64,000 nt of DNA. It comes from a virus. The notes beneath the pieces are model-generated. The model was not told where the DNA came from. It made no database searches and worked only from the letters and a program-made list of their open reading frames with translations. The stretch lies in IMG/VR virus record IMGVR_UViG_3300035698_018106, positions 102,717 to 166,716 of that record; one strand, written 5' to 3'. This document shows positions 18,228-28,166 of this stretch, in pieces (the stretch's first letter is position 1; every line of letters starts with the position of its first letter). Made by a program: the position numbers and the translations under genes.

Positions 18228-18258
18228 GGGAGACTATTAATAGTCTCCCTTTATTTTT
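18228..18258 (-). terminator. rho-independent terminator
   Basis: Stem GGGAGACTA / TAGTCTCCC with loop TTAA, followed by TTTATTTTT and preceded by AAAAAA. Confidence 0.65.
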
Positions 18259-18270
18259 ATAATGATACGC

Positions 18271-18885
18271 TTATTTTTTTCTCCTAATATAGACTTTTGG
18301 TTTATGTGATTCATTAAGATCTTCATCTTTATCACAATTTTCTTCTATTTCTTCGTCTTTATCTATTTCTTCGTCTGATGAACTTTCTGATAATTCAGTT
18401 CTAATTTTTAAAATGAATTCATCTAATGAACCAGCAAATGCTTCTGTAATAATATCAGAAATTACAGTTGGAGATAATACATCTTTAATATTATCACCTT
18501 TAACTTGACTATACATTTCGTCAATAACAGTATAAAGTTTATATTTGAGATCTGTTTGTCTCATTGTTTCGTTTAACAATATAGTAGCTTTACCTTTTAA
18601 GAAATTCTTCTTTTGAAGAGGGGTTGAATTCTCAGTTAATGTAGTTTCTCGTTTCTGGAGAAAATTCATTCCGGATTCGCTTAAGCCTGATTCTTCTGAC
18701 CAATATTTTCCTAATTCAGTAAGAAATGCAACTTGGCTTTTCTCATTTAAATCATGAATTGCTGTTAACTTATAATGTTCTAAAAGTGAAGCGTATATTT
18801 TTTTAAAATCTCCAAGAATATTACTCTCGTGTAATTTTTCGCTCTCATTAACTTTTCGTTTATATACAGTTGAAAATTTTCGCAT
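18271..18885 (-). CDS. hypothetical protein with an acidic C-terminus
   Basis: 204-aa ORF. Confidence 0.45.
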   Translation of the reverse strand: MRKFSTVYKRKVNESEKLHESNILGDFKKIYASLLEHYKLTAIHDLNEKSQVAFLTELGKYWSEESGLSESGMNFLQKRETTLTENSTPLQKKNFLKGKATILLNETMRQTDLKYKLYTVIDEMYSQVKGDNIKDVLSPTVISDIITEAFAGSLDEFILKIRTELSESSSDEEIDKDEEIEENCDKDEDLNESHKPKVYIRRKK

Positions 18886-18952
18886 TGTATAGTATCTTTT
18901 ATTTTATATATTCTATATATTCGTGAAAATATTAATAGTTGTATTAGTTTTG

Positions 18953-19270
18953 TTATTTTTTCTTAATAGAATGAATACTTTCTATCATATAATCTTCATC
19001 CATTCCTAAATTATAGTAATCTTCAAAATCTTCTTGTTGTCTAGGTGACTTATCTTTTAACTCAGGAGCCTCAATATCAGATTGTCTAGCCATATCCATA
19101 ACCATTTCAATGTTTTCCATAAAAAATTCAAATTCATCTTCTTCAAGTTGAGTTCTCATATAATCAACTACAACTTTATAATCAGCTGTTTTATCAGCTG
19201 ATTTATTCATATCATAGAATTCTATGATATCCTCTACAAAATTTTGTAATATTTCTTTTACTCTTCCCAT
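18953..19270 (-). CDS. hypothetical acidic protein
   Basis: 105-aa ORF. Confidence 0.4.
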   Translation of the reverse strand: MGRVKEILQNFVEDIIEFYDMNKSADKTADYKVVVDYMRTQLEEDEFEFFMENIEMVMDMARQSDIEAPELKDKSPRQQEDFEDYYNLGMDEDYMIESIHSIKKK

Positions 19271-19310
19271 TCCGAATCAATTTTATTTTATATATTTAAG
19301 CTAGAATCTT

Positions 19311-20843
19311 TTAAAGTTGAATTTTGAATCTTTTATAAGGGAAACGTTTTTCAGCGTAAATATCTCTTCTAGCATCCGCATGTCTCATTAAATAATTTTT
19401 TCGTTGATATCCACTTCCAAACTCATAATTATCAAAAAAATCAATAACTATAACCTTTTCTTTACCTGACATAAGTCTCATACCTCTACCCAAAACTTGT
19501 CTTACTATAAAATCTGATTTATAAGATTCCACTACAAAAATAGTATGTAAGTTTAAAATATCTATACCTTCAGAAAAAGTACCAATAGATGCAACAATTA
19601 TCACATCATTATTGTCTTCCATTTGTTTTTTATAATAGTCTCTATTATCTGCACCTGTACCACCATCTATGTAATAGACGCTTTTGTCTGTGTTCTCTTT
19701 TATCCAATTATATATAGTCCTACCATAATTATTTTTAATGTCACTAAATAACACTAGAGAGTTTTTAGTGGTTTTACTTATCATATCAACTATATAGTTA
19801 AAACGCTTTCTGGATTCCCTTGCAACATCCTTCTCTAAATTTAATAATTTAGCTCCATCTTTATCTTCAGCAGGTACATTTCTTAAATCATATAATTTTT
19901 TCTTTATATTGTTTTCAAGATAAGAAAATTCTAATCCTATTACTTCTATAGGGGTTGCATTCCCGGCATCAATTAAATCAGAAGAATGAATAGTATATAC
20001 TTTTGGTCCTAAATATGATTGAATAGTAAATGAATCACAAGAATCTTCTTTTGGAAGTGTTCCAGTTAATCCAAATTTATATTCTGCATTAAAACATTTA
20101 ACAAGAATACTTTTAATTGAATTGGCTTTAGCATGATGGGTTTCGTCTACACAAACAGCATCAAACTGTGCAAAATATTCTAATCCTTTTTTTGATAAAG
20201 TTTGATATGTTCCAAAAACTATATCAATATCTGTTTCATCATCTCTTTTCTTTGCTCCACCAAATGCGCATACAGATTTCCAATTAGGTCTCTTATCACA
20301 TCCATCTTCATATTCATAGAATTTTTCTTCTGATTGTGTTACTAATCCTACATTAGGAACAACATATAACATTTTAGGTTTATTAAGAACATCATGTAAG
20401 TATTTAAATATTAAAAAGGCTATAAGTGTTTTACCTCCTGATGTTGAAATTTCTTCTGTACAATTCTTAAATTTAATAACTCGGGCAGCACCTTCTAATT
20501 GATAATCTCTAGGTGTTATTTTAGAAGCACTGAAATATTCAGTTGCCCAAATTTTAAATGTACTAGCATCAAATTTATCATCAATCATAGAATCCATACC
20601 ATTTATAGATAAAGGGAAATGGAATTTTGTACAAACCTTTTTAATTTCCATCCACATACCGATAGGAATTCTACCCCATCTATCCATAAATTTAACATCT
20701 CCATCCCAATGAGGTACTTTTTTCTTAATGATGAAATAATTATCGACTTTTTTAGTCATAGAATATTCCAACTGTTCATATTCATTAGCTGTAGATTCTA
20801 CTATTTGTAGAAATTTCTTATCATCTGTTACTTTTAGTACCAT
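19311..20843 (-). CDS. uvsW: UvsW-like SF2 DNA helicase (recombination and replication fork remodelling)
   Basis: 510 aa (T4 UvsW is 502). Collinear matches to T4 UvsW: HWDGDVKF (NWDGRIRL), DYQLEGA, SGGKTL (Walker A), DETHH (DECH), KFGLTGTL (KFGLSGSL) and VIIVASIGTFSEGIDILNLHTIFVV (IIIVASYGVFSTGISVKNLHHVVL). Confidence 0.85.
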   Translation of the reverse strand: MVLKVTDDKKFLQIVESTANEYEQLEYSMTKKVDNYFIIKKKVPHWDGDVKFMDRWGRIPIGMWMEIKKVCTKFHFPLSINGMDSMIDDKFDASTFKIWATEYFSASKITPRDYQLEGAARVIKFKNCTEEISTSGGKTLIAFLIFKYLHDVLNKPKMLYVVPNVGLVTQSEEKFYEYEDGCDKRPNWKSVCAFGGAKKRDDETDIDIVFGTYQTLSKKGLEYFAQFDAVCVDETHHAKANSIKSILVKCFNAEYKFGLTGTLPKEDSCDSFTIQSYLGPKVYTIHSSDLIDAGNATPIEVIGLEFSYLENNIKKKLYDLRNVPAEDKDGAKLLNLEKDVARESRKRFNYIVDMISKTTKNSLVLFSDIKNNYGRTIYNWIKENTDKSVYYIDGGTGADNRDYYKKQMEDNNDVIIVASIGTFSEGIDILNLHTIFVVESYKSDFIVRQVLGRGMRLMSGKEKVIVIDFFDNYEFGSGYQRKNYLMRHADARRDIYAEKRFPYKRFKIQL

Positions 20844-21042
20844 TAATTATATTTTCTTTTATTACCTCACCACAAGTTTGACATATATTAGCTTTCCTGA
20901 TACTACCTATACGCCACATATAATCTTCTTCTTTTACTATTGTATGCGGACATTTTTTTCTAATTTTCTTTAGAGTTTCTGAAGCTACTTCAATATCTTT
21001 ATAACATTTCTTTACCCATCTTTTAATATCAAAATTATTCAT
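20821..21042 (-). CDS. small Cys-containing protein (CPH...CQTC), positional analogue of T4 UvsW.1
   Basis: 73-aa ORF immediately 3' of uvsW, overlapping it by 23 nt. Confidence 0.35.
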   Translation of the reverse strand: MNNFDIKRWVKKCYKDIEVASETLKKIRKKCPHTIVKEEDYMWRIGSIRKANICQTCGEVIKENIINGTKSNR

Positions 21043-21322
21043 ATATTTTTTTTGATATTATTTTTTCAAAAACTTCTTCCATATAATTTCTTCCTGATTC
21101 CATTTTATAATCTCTGGAAGATTTCCAACAATTCCACTTAAAGAACTTACCATCAGATTTTCTTTTAACGATAGTATCCCATGAAGGACCATCAGAATAT
21201 TCATCAGTTCTTATAGTTTCTATAAAGTCATAAGTTTCTTCTCTTAATCCCCATTGTCTTCCACCAGTAAAATCAAAATCTTCTACTTCTTCTGACGTTA
21301 AATTAATTCTTTCTTTATTCAT
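21035..21322 (-). CDS. hypothetical protein
   Basis: 95-aa ORF, 8-nt overlap with its neighbour. Confidence 0.4.
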   Translation of the reverse strand: MNKERINLTSEEVEDFDFTGGRQWGLREETYDFIETIRTDEYSDGPSWDTIVKRKSDGKFFKWNCWKSSRDYKMESGRNYMEEVFEKIISKKIYE

Positions 21323-21323
21323 T

Positions 21324-21794
21324 TTATTTTCCTCTTGTTATTTGTTCAATTTCTATTCGTTTAGGAATTGCATATATAAGATTATCTATAGTACTACAAG
21401 TTCCTTGTATAAATTTAGAATGATTATCTAATATTTCTCTTTTTTCAAGCAAATCAGATAATTGTGTTTGTATTTTATTATTTTTAGAAGTTTCATTAGG
21501 ATATCTAATATTAGACTTATATGTCCAATATTCATATTTTTCTACGTATTGTCTTCTATACTCTTTATTTATAATTATCAATTTTGATAAAAGATAATGA
21601 TAATATTCTATACATATTTGACGTTCTGTATATACTTCAGTCATTAATTCGCTAACTTTAAGAACACTTTTCATCTTAGATGACATATCCTCAACTCTTT
21701 TATTCCATTCTTCTCTTTCAGTTATAAATTTTTCTTCTAAAGAAGGTTCTTTTTTTATATCTGGATTAATGTTAAAAAAATCTACTTCTCCCAT
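21324..21794 (-). CDS. hypothetical protein
   Basis: 156-aa ORF. Confidence 0.4.
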   Translation of the reverse strand: MGEVDFFNINPDIKKEPSLEEKFITEREEWNKRVEDMSSKMKSVLKVSELMTEVYTERQICIEYYHYLLSKLIIINKEYRRQYVEKYEYWTYKSNIRYPNETSKNNKIQTQLSDLLEKREILDNHSKFIQGTCSTIDNLIYAIPKRIEIEQITRGK

Positions 21795-22123
21795 GGCATA
21801 GGTATTAAATTTAAAAATTCGTGCGCTGTTTTTTTAAGTGTATCTAGATACACCCAATGTTCGGAAATTTCATTATTTGAATTCAAATATGTAATAAATG
21901 CAACATCTGCTGGATAAGTGCTAGAAGGATGGCCTTTCATTACTTGATGTATCTTTTTCTTAGATGTTACTTTTTCTGTCCAAGATTTTAGTTTATCTTC
22001 TTTAGATAATTTTAAAATTTCACATGGTATTACAGTTTGATCTGTATCCCATTCATTAGATTTAGATATAGAATTTAATTTATAAACTATATCATTTTTT
22101 TTAAAAGAGTTTTGTGCTAGCAT
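21782..22123 (-). CDS. hypothetical protein
   Basis: 113-aa ORF. Confidence 0.4.
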   Translation of the reverse strand: MLAQNSFKKNDIVYKLNSISKSNEWDTDQTVIPCEILKLSKEDKLKSWTEKVTSKKKIHQVMKGHPSSTYPADVAFITYLNSNNEISEHWVYLDTLKKTAHEFLNLIPMPWEK

Positions 22124-22292
22124 CTTTTTTAAATTTATTTGTCTTAATTATTGATTTAACTGAAACTTCTACAACTTTCGCTTTCTTTTTTATTTTATCT
22201 TCTGTAAGTCCAAAAGAAAAATCAACATCTCCCATTAAATCACTTTCGATACCAAAAGAATGTGTTACTATAGTTTTTAACTTATGTTCCAT
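22101..22292 (-). CDS. hypothetical protein
   Basis: 63-aa ORF in a tightly packed operon. Confidence 0.3.
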   Translation of the reverse strand: MEHKLKTIVTHSFGIESDLMGDVDFSFGLTEDKIKKKAKVVEVSVKSIIKTNKFKKDASTKLF

Positions 22293-22297
22293 ATTTA

Positions 22298-23419
22298 TTA
22301 TATATCAATAGCATCTAAAGGATCTCCGGAGAAGTAACTTATAAAATCTACATTTTTAATTTTTTGTTGTTTAAAATAAATTACTATATCATTTAGATCC
22401 CATTTTTTTCGATAAGGTAAATTAAAATCTCTTTTGAATTTATCCCAAAGAAATACATTATGGTTTTTATTAATTTCAATTAATGCGTTTTTATCTCCTG
22501 TTGGATCGGAATCATAAAAGAAATTCACAGGTATATCAACGGGTAAATCTTTATTTGCTCCTGTGTTTGCAATAGAATTTTTAAATAGAAATGCATCCAT
22601 TGGACCTTCAAATAGTGTAATAGTTCTACTAAAATTTATTAAACATATGTTATATATCATTGATAGCGTATCTAGATAATTAACTTGCTCATTAGTTAAT
22701 AAAAGTAGAGGATTATTAATTTTATCTCTTAATTTTGATAAAGTAAAAGAATTAAATCTATTAAATCCTTTAAATAAACGCATTTGTGCTCCTAAAATCT
22801 TACCTGTTTGGGTAAGGTTTAAAATTAAGAGATAATTATCATTTGGATGATATAGAAATTTGTTAAAATCATATTGTTCTCTATTTTTTAACCATGACCA
22901 CATAGGGGTATCTTTAACTTCTATAACACCTAAACTAGTTTTAATATCTTGACGATCAATAGCATATTTATCTATACTTTCCATATCTAAAAGTTCAGAC
23001 ATGTCATATTTTCCTCCTGATGTAGATTTAAAATCGCCTATATTATCCATTAAATAATTTATAGCGCCTAATTCTAAAATTATATCATGCTCTTTAAAGA
23101 ATCTATCTATCCTCATAAATTCTGCACAATTATGACATTTGAAAAAACCAGCGTGTTTTCCTGCTAGTATAAAATTCCCCCTTTTAGCATAATCACTTTT
23201 CATACTATCTCCACAAATAGGACAAGCGAAACTGATACGATCATGATGAGGTTGGATTTGAGTTTTTCCATGTGAATTCGGAAATCTTTTCTCAAGAATA
23301 GGTTTTAATAAATCTGTTAATTTATCTTTATATTCTCCAGTAGTTAGCTTTGCATCTAAAGAAGAATGGAGAGATGAATCAAAGCTCATCTCTCCATTTA
23401 AAATCTTGTCAATTGACAT
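22298..23419 (-). CDS. 61: DNA primase, T4 gp61-like (Zn-ribbon plus TOPRIM)
   Basis: 373 aa. ISFACPICGDSMKSDYAKRGNF...FKCHNCAEFMRIDRFFKEHD aligns with T4 gp61 LRFRCPVCGDSKTDQNKARGWY...IHCYNCNYHAPIGIYLKEFEP. LFEGPMDAFLFKNSIANTGA aligns with T4 VLEGPIDSLFIENGIAITGG (TOPRIM). Confidence 0.85.
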   Translation of the reverse strand: MSIDKILNGEMSFDSSLHSSLDAKLTTGEYKDKLTDLLKPILEKRFPNSHGKTQIQPHHDRISFACPICGDSMKSDYAKRGNFILAGKHAGFFKCHNCAEFMRIDRFFKEHDIILELGAINYLMDNIGDFKSTSGGKYDMSELLDMESIDKYAIDRQDIKTSLGVIEVKDTPMWSWLKNREQYDFNKFLYHPNDNYLLILNLTQTGKILGAQMRLFKGFNRFNSFTLSKLRDKINNPLLLLTNEQVNYLDTLSMIYNICLINFSRTITLFEGPMDAFLFKNSIANTGANKDLPVDIPVNFFYDSDPTGDKNALIEINKNHNVFLWDKFKRDFNLPYRKKWDLNDIVIYFKQQKIKNVDFISYFSGDPLDAIDI

Positions 23420-23423
23420 GATT

Positions 23424-24413
23424 TTAAAGATTTCCTAAAACATCATTAATATCTCCTATTCCGCCAACACCAACTTCAGGTAAGTCCGGTAGATCAATAC
23501 TAGGTAAACCTGCCCCGCCTGGTGTATTACCTACATTTAGATCATCTAGTGATATATCACTAGATGTAATACCACCATTATTAACATCAGATACTGGATT
23601 ACTACCATGTGTTTGTGCTTGAACAGATGCTATATTATTAGTAGTATTAACTTGTCCTGTTACAGATGTTATAACTCCATTAACATAATCATATGTATCT
23701 TGATCCCATTCTTTGAAACCGTATTTTCCTAAATTAGGAGAATTATTAACAAGATAATCAAATACCATTTTCTTATCTGTTGTTGGAGTAATAGGATTTA
23801 ATTTTCCTTCTCCATCTGGAATACATAATGGAATTACCTGATCAACAAATTTTGATTGATCATAGTTATTGAAACCTGATACCTTTGTAATAGTTAAAGC
23901 AAATGCTTTACCTCCTAATAATTCAAAAGGATTATGTGGTTCTCCAATTACAGGTTTCAATTCTGCATTAATTTTTTCCCATAATTTCTTACCAAAACGA
24001 TATGCTAAGATTTTACCTTCAAGTTCTGGTTGTTGCTTATCTTTAATAACTTGTATTAAACATGCAAAATTATGTCGTCTTGAAAAAATATCGGCTTTTT
24101 TCTGTTCTTGAACTGACGGACTTTTCTTAAGTTTAAAATACATATCTTGTAAAAGAGATGGTTTTCCTACTGAAGATGGGCAGTCTACGAAACGTCCTTT
24201 TTGAGTTACTGGATCTACTAACCACGATACCCACTTTTCTTGAATTGATTGTCCTGGATTTTCATGCCATGGAATTAAACGGATAACTGATTGGTATACT
24301 CCGCCTTGGCCTTTGTCGGCGCCTACTTGGTAATCTTCGGCGTTTTTCTTGTTTTGTTCACCCATGTCTACTTTTGGGCTGAACAATGCATCAAAATTTT
24401 CTAATTCACTCAT
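23424..24413 (-). CDS. 32: single-stranded DNA-binding protein, T4 gp32-like
   Basis: 329 aa. GVYQSVIRLIPW (T4 GQAVIRFLPS), ILAYRFGKKLWEKINA (T4 VFKYRFGKKIWDKINA), FALTITKVSGFNNYDQSKF (T4 FVLKVKQVSGFSNYDESKF), and an acidic C-terminal tail ...DISLDDLN (T4 ...DLDDLLNDL). Confidence 0.9.
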   Translation of the reverse strand: MSELENFDALFSPKVDMGEQNKKNAEDYQVGADKGQGGVYQSVIRLIPWHENPGQSIQEKWVSWLVDPVTQKGRFVDCPSSVGKPSLLQDMYFKLKKSPSVQEQKKADIFSRRHNFACLIQVIKDKQQPELEGKILAYRFGKKLWEKINAELKPVIGEPHNPFELLGGKAFALTITKVSGFNNYDQSKFVDQVIPLCIPDGEGKLNPITPTTDKKMVFDYLVNNSPNLGKYGFKEWDQDTYDYVNGVITSVTGQVNTTNNIASVQAQTHGSNPVSDVNNGGITSSDISLDDLNVGNTPGGAGLPSIDLPDLPEVGVGGIGDINDVLGNL

Positions 24414-24640
24414 TGTTTTAAGTCTTTTTAGTTTTTAAGATTCTAAATTTTTTAGAATTCTAAGTTTATTAATATTTGTAATCTTTGTAATCTTTTAAGG
24501 TACCTTTTAGATTGTTTACTATAGTTTATATATCAAAAAAGCAGTAAAGTTTTTTAACTTTTTGTTAAAGTTTTACTACCTCTAAGTTATTACAATCCAA
24601 TACATTAAAATCACATTAACATACTCTTAACACAAAAGAC

Positions 24641-25009
24641 TTAACACTCATTTTTTACATTTTCTAATTTTTTAATATTTGGATTATATGTATCTAGTTT
24701 AATACATTTATGGAGGATTTCTAATGTTTCTACCTCAGTGTAATTATCAGGTCTTATATAAAAGCACTCTGGTTCTATTGGTATATTATTATACAAATAA
24801 ATCATTTGCGCACTGTCTTTATAATCTACACTTATTAAAAACCGAATATTGTTTTTGATTTGATATTTTTCCATAAAAGCATTATCGGGAATAACTTCAA
24901 AATCCATAGATACAATATTAACATCTGTGTTAATTAATAAAGTTTTAATAGATTTATAAGATGCTTGAGAAAAAATATTTAACTCTTTAATAAATTCATT
25001 ATTGTCCAT
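24641..25009 (-). CDS. hypothetical protein
   Basis: 122-aa ORF. Confidence 0.4.
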   Translation of the reverse strand: MDNNEFIKELNIFSQASYKSIKTLLINTDVNIVSMDFEVIPDNAFMEKYQIKNNIRFLISVDYKDSAQMIYLYNNIPIEPECFYIRPDNYTEVETLEILHKCIKLDTYNPNIKKLENVKNEC

Positions 25010-25045
25010 ATAATTAGTATGAACAATAATAGGTTTAGTTTTATA

Positions 25046-25504
25046 TTAGTATAAAACTAAAGTATTTGGGTCATTATGGTCATATTCAGGATCAATTACG
25101 AATCCTTGTTTTATAAAAGCTTCTTCAGCATCATTTGTGAATGGGTGAAGTATAATAGGCAATTGATATTTTGTTTTTAGAAAGTTAAATACCTGTTTAC
25201 TTATGCTAAATCCTCTAAATTTATATCCAATATAGATCCAGTTTATAATAATATCTTTTGTTCTTATTTTATAATCTATAACACCACATACTATATCATT
25301 ATTATAAATTACAAAAATATTAGTTCCTTTGACAGAATCTAATATCATTTCATCTGTTTCATTGGTATAATCAAATTCTGAATCTATAAATTTTTCTGAA
25401 TCCTTAAAATTTTTAACTAACTTGATATTATTTATTAATTTCGCTCTCATTTTATTCCCATCCTTTTTGAACATCTGGAGAGAAGTTCGCATACGAAAAT
25501 TCAT
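25046..25504 (-). CDS. hypothetical protein (possible GNAT-like fold). The true start is probably an internal Met (ATG at 25450-25448), which avoids the overlap with the upstream gene.
   Basis: 152-aa ORF. IGYKFRGFSISKQVF weakly resembles GNAT motif A. The 5' 53 nt overlap the upstream CDS in another frame. Confidence 0.35.
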   Translation of the reverse strand: MNFRMRTSLQMFKKDGNKMRAKLINNIKLVKNFKDSEKFIDSEFDYTNETDEMILDSVKGTNIFVIYNNDIVCGVIDYKIRTKDIIINWIYIGYKFRGFSISKQVFNFLKTKYQLPIILHPFTNDAEEAFIKQGFVIDPEYDHNDPNTLVLY

Positions 25505-27317
25505 CTCTAGATACTAACTTAACTACATTACCATTTAAATCACTACATGCAAAACCCTCTTGATTAGTTTTCTTTAAATCTCCAGATTTCATCTTAAGAT
25601 AAGTTTGGAATTTACCAATATTATTAAGTTTACTTATAAAGATTTCTTTTAGATTTGAAATTTCAGATATCATATGTATAATATATATCCATTCTTTATT
25701 TGATTGCTCTATAGCGTCAATCATCTCGGCAAATCTAACTATAACTTTATTTTGTCCTTTTTCAGTTTTAAGTTTACCTGCTTCCATTAACGATCTATTT
25801 TGAAGGAATTCTATAAATTCTGCAAGAACACCTTCTATCGAATTAAATGAATTAATTTTTACATTAGCTTTAATTAAAGAGTTCTGATAAATGTTAAATA
25901 ATTTTATAAGCTTTGTTGATTTGATTATATCATGATAATTAGTAGATATTTTAAGTGTTTTACCTATTACATTTAGATCAGTTAAAATAATTTCTATTTC
26001 TTTAGATTCTTCTTCTGTAAAGTTTATAACCCCTGCAAATGACTCAATATAAGGGTCTGTCATTAACATATTATCAATACTTGTTAATTCGGAAGATTTA
26101 GCATCATAACTAGCGCTAACATTTTCTAAATCTTTTCCTGTATATCTAGTATGCCATGTAATACCTATATCTGCTTTATTTATAAGATTTCCTAAATCTG
26201 ATTTTTTAGGTATAACATAATAAATAGTGTTTGGATGAAATGCCCAATAAGGTTCTCCTTCTATTTCGGCATCTTGTAATGACATATCATCAAATAAGAA
26301 ATCACCTTGCCAAATTTCTCCTTTTGGAAGATTAATTTTATCTATGTATTTTAGAAATGTTTTTAATTTATAAACTAATTGAGGTCTTTCTCCTAATTCA
26401 GATTCTATTTCAGCAATTGTTGAAAATACTTTTGGAGATTTTGAAAAAAGTCCTTTCATTGCAATACCATTATCTGGTAATCCTGGAAATTTAGACCATG
26501 CAAATATAGCAGGGGCTCCATCTATCTTTACAGAAAGACTCATATCTTCTTTTTTAGTTGAACCCTTTAGATCATTATATAAATTATTAAACATTTTTAG
26601 AACCCAATCAATTCCCTCTACTCCACCAAGTAATACTAAATCCTCAGCATGTGTCATATGCTTATTTACTTTTGATACTATAGTAGATTCATCTAATTTA
26701 TTAGACCCACCTAAATATTTCCATATATTTTCTATTTGATTTACTGAATTTTCAGGATATCCTGAAGCAAAACCTTTAAAATCGTCATTTTTGATATCTT
26801 CTCTTAATATAGATGCAGAAATTAATTCACCTTGATGTGGTCCATTTTTAAATTTCATAGGATCTACATCAATTACTAATTCAACTATTTCAACATCTTT
26901 AGGTACTCCATCAAAATATTTTCCTCCAGGTTGATTTTGTGTAGTAAAATCAACTACTCTTTTATAATCATCGCCTTTTGTACTAGCTCCTAACGCATAA
27001 CGACCTGGAGGTAAATCTTCAACTGCTTTATATGCAGTCAAAATAGGTGATGGATATTTTGATTTTTCTATAGATACATTAGAGATATGATTAGTAAGTT
27101 CTTTAGCAATCTTTACTCCTAAATCTTGACTTATTCCATCTCGTTCTTTAGGACCAACTATTACTTTAACTTCTTTTACATTTGGATGTTGAGCATATCT
27201 ATAAATTAAATCCAGATGAGCTCCTGTTGTTGGTTTAAACCCGCCCGGAATCATAATTATGATATCTGGTGGGTTTTTTGTTTTATCCCATTCTTTAATT
27301 GTCAGAAATCTTTTCAT
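25452..27317 (-). CDS. Two-domain protein: an N-terminal cytidylyltransferase-fold nucleotidyltransferase domain (NMNAT-like GxFxPxTxGH) and an Rnl1-like RNA ligase domain
   Basis: 621 aa. IIIMIPGGFKPTTGAHLDLIYRYA matches the (H/T)xGH nucleotidyltransferase signature. LSVKIDGAPAIFAW at ~residue 262 resembles ligase motif I (T4 Rnl1 ILTKEDGSLVSTY). AEIEGEPYWAF...YYVIPKKSDLG resembles Rnl1 motifs IV and V (EGYVAV...KIKSDWY). Confidence 0.45.
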   Translation of the reverse strand: MKRFLTIKEWDKTKNPPDIIIMIPGGFKPTTGAHLDLIYRYAQHPNVKEVKVIVGPKERDGISQDLGVKIAKELTNHISNVSIEKSKYPSPILTAYKAVEDLPPGRYALGASTKGDDYKRVVDFTTQNQPGGKYFDGVPKDVEIVELVIDVDPMKFKNGPHQGELISASILREDIKNDDFKGFASGYPENSVNQIENIWKYLGGSNKLDESTIVSKVNKHMTHAEDLVLLGGVEGIDWVLKMFNNLYNDLKGSTKKEDMSLSVKIDGAPAIFAWSKFPGLPDNGIAMKGLFSKSPKVFSTIAEIESELGERPQLVYKLKTFLKYIDKINLPKGEIWQGDFLFDDMSLQDAEIEGEPYWAFHPNTIYYVIPKKSDLGNLINKADIGITWHTRYTGKDLENVSASYDAKSSELTSIDNMLMTDPYIESFAGVINFTEEESKEIEIILTDLNVIGKTLKISTNYHDIIKSTKLIKLFNIYQNSLIKANVKINSFNSIEGVLAEFIEFLQNRSLMEAGKLKTEKGQNKVIVRFAEMIDAIEQSNKEWIYIIHMISEISNLKEIFISKLNNIGKFQTYLKMKSGDLKKTNQEGFACSDLNGNVVKLVSRDEFSYANFSPDVQKGWE

Positions 27318-27377
27318 TATGCTAATGTAACCAATTTTTTAATACAAAAAATATTTTTTGTTAAAATATAATTAAGA

Positions 27378-28124
27378 TTATAAATTTGATATTGTTCTTA
27401 TCATTGAGATGAGACTAGGTTGTGGATGACAATCTTGTTTATCACTTGGTTTTCTAAAAGATACATGTGTCCATACTCCTGGTGTGCCATCTAGAGCCCT
27501 CTGAGATACATCCCACATATCTTCATTATATGTTAATGGTATATTATAACTAGCACCCCAAAGGAGCAGAAGTTCACCGACAGATGCTAATTGTTCATCT
27601 GTATATGTTTCATAATATTTAAAGCCTCTAAATCCATCTTTATATTCTGTAACAGGACAATTTACAATATTTCCATAACAGGCATAATACTTTCCAGAAA
27701 CTGTTTTTTTCATTCGTGGTGTACCATCAGAATTCTTTCCGAATCTCATTTCTGTACCATCTCCTAAAACTAAGCCACCCCAATTATCGAATTCAATTCC
27801 AATTGAATATTTATCTAAAATATACTTTCCTTTTACACCTACATGAGATCCAAAAAATTTAGATGAAAATAGTTGATTAATAGTACCATCTCTGTCAATC
27901 ATTGCACATGTTGATACTGACTTATAGTTTTCCCAATGTTTTAAGTCTCCTGTAATTCCATCTCCACTAACAGTATGATGTAATATTATTTGAGACTTAG
28001 GATGTACTTCTTTTTTATATCTAGTCCATGGAATTTGTTTAAGTTTTTCATCTTTTATATCTAAAGCTTTTAATGAACTCCACTTATTAGAACCATAAAC
28101 AGTTACTTCTTCTATATTTGCCAT
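27378..28124 (-). CDS. N-acetylmuramoyl-L-alanine amidase (amidase_2/PGRP family) endolysin
   Basis: 248 aa. QIILHHTVSG (Zn-binding His motif) and KQDCHPQP near the C-terminus, matching the amidase_2 ...DCPG signature. Confidence 0.7.
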   Translation of the reverse strand: MANIEEVTVYGSNKWSSLKALDIKDEKLKQIPWTRYKKEVHPKSQIILHHTVSGDGITGDLKHWENYKSVSTCAMIDRDGTINQLFSSKFFGSHVGVKGKYILDKYSIGIEFDNWGGLVLGDGTEMRFGKNSDGTPRMKKTVSGKYYACYGNIVNCPVTEYKDGFRGFKYYETYTDEQLASVGELLLLWGASYNIPLTYNEDMWDVSQRALDGTPGVWTHVSFRKPSDKQDCHPQPSLISMIRTISNL

Positions 28125-28166
28125 AATTTTATTTTATATTATATATTCATATGACATAATTTCGAC

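Noticed and set aside
20821-22292. Short overlapping ORFs (63-156 aa) between uvsW and the primase, considered as possible homing endonucleases or mobile inserts
   Set aside because: No GIY-YIG, HNH or LAGLIDADG motifs were seen. Compact 4-23-nt overlaps are typical of T4-like early-gene clusters of small ORFs.
24481-24520. A T4 MotA-box-like sequence (CTGCTTTT ... TATAGT) upstream of gene 32, considered as a middle promoter
   Set aside because: MotA/AsiA-dependent middle promoters are restricted to close T4 relatives. Nothing else in the window suggests that system, and in this base composition the match is weak.
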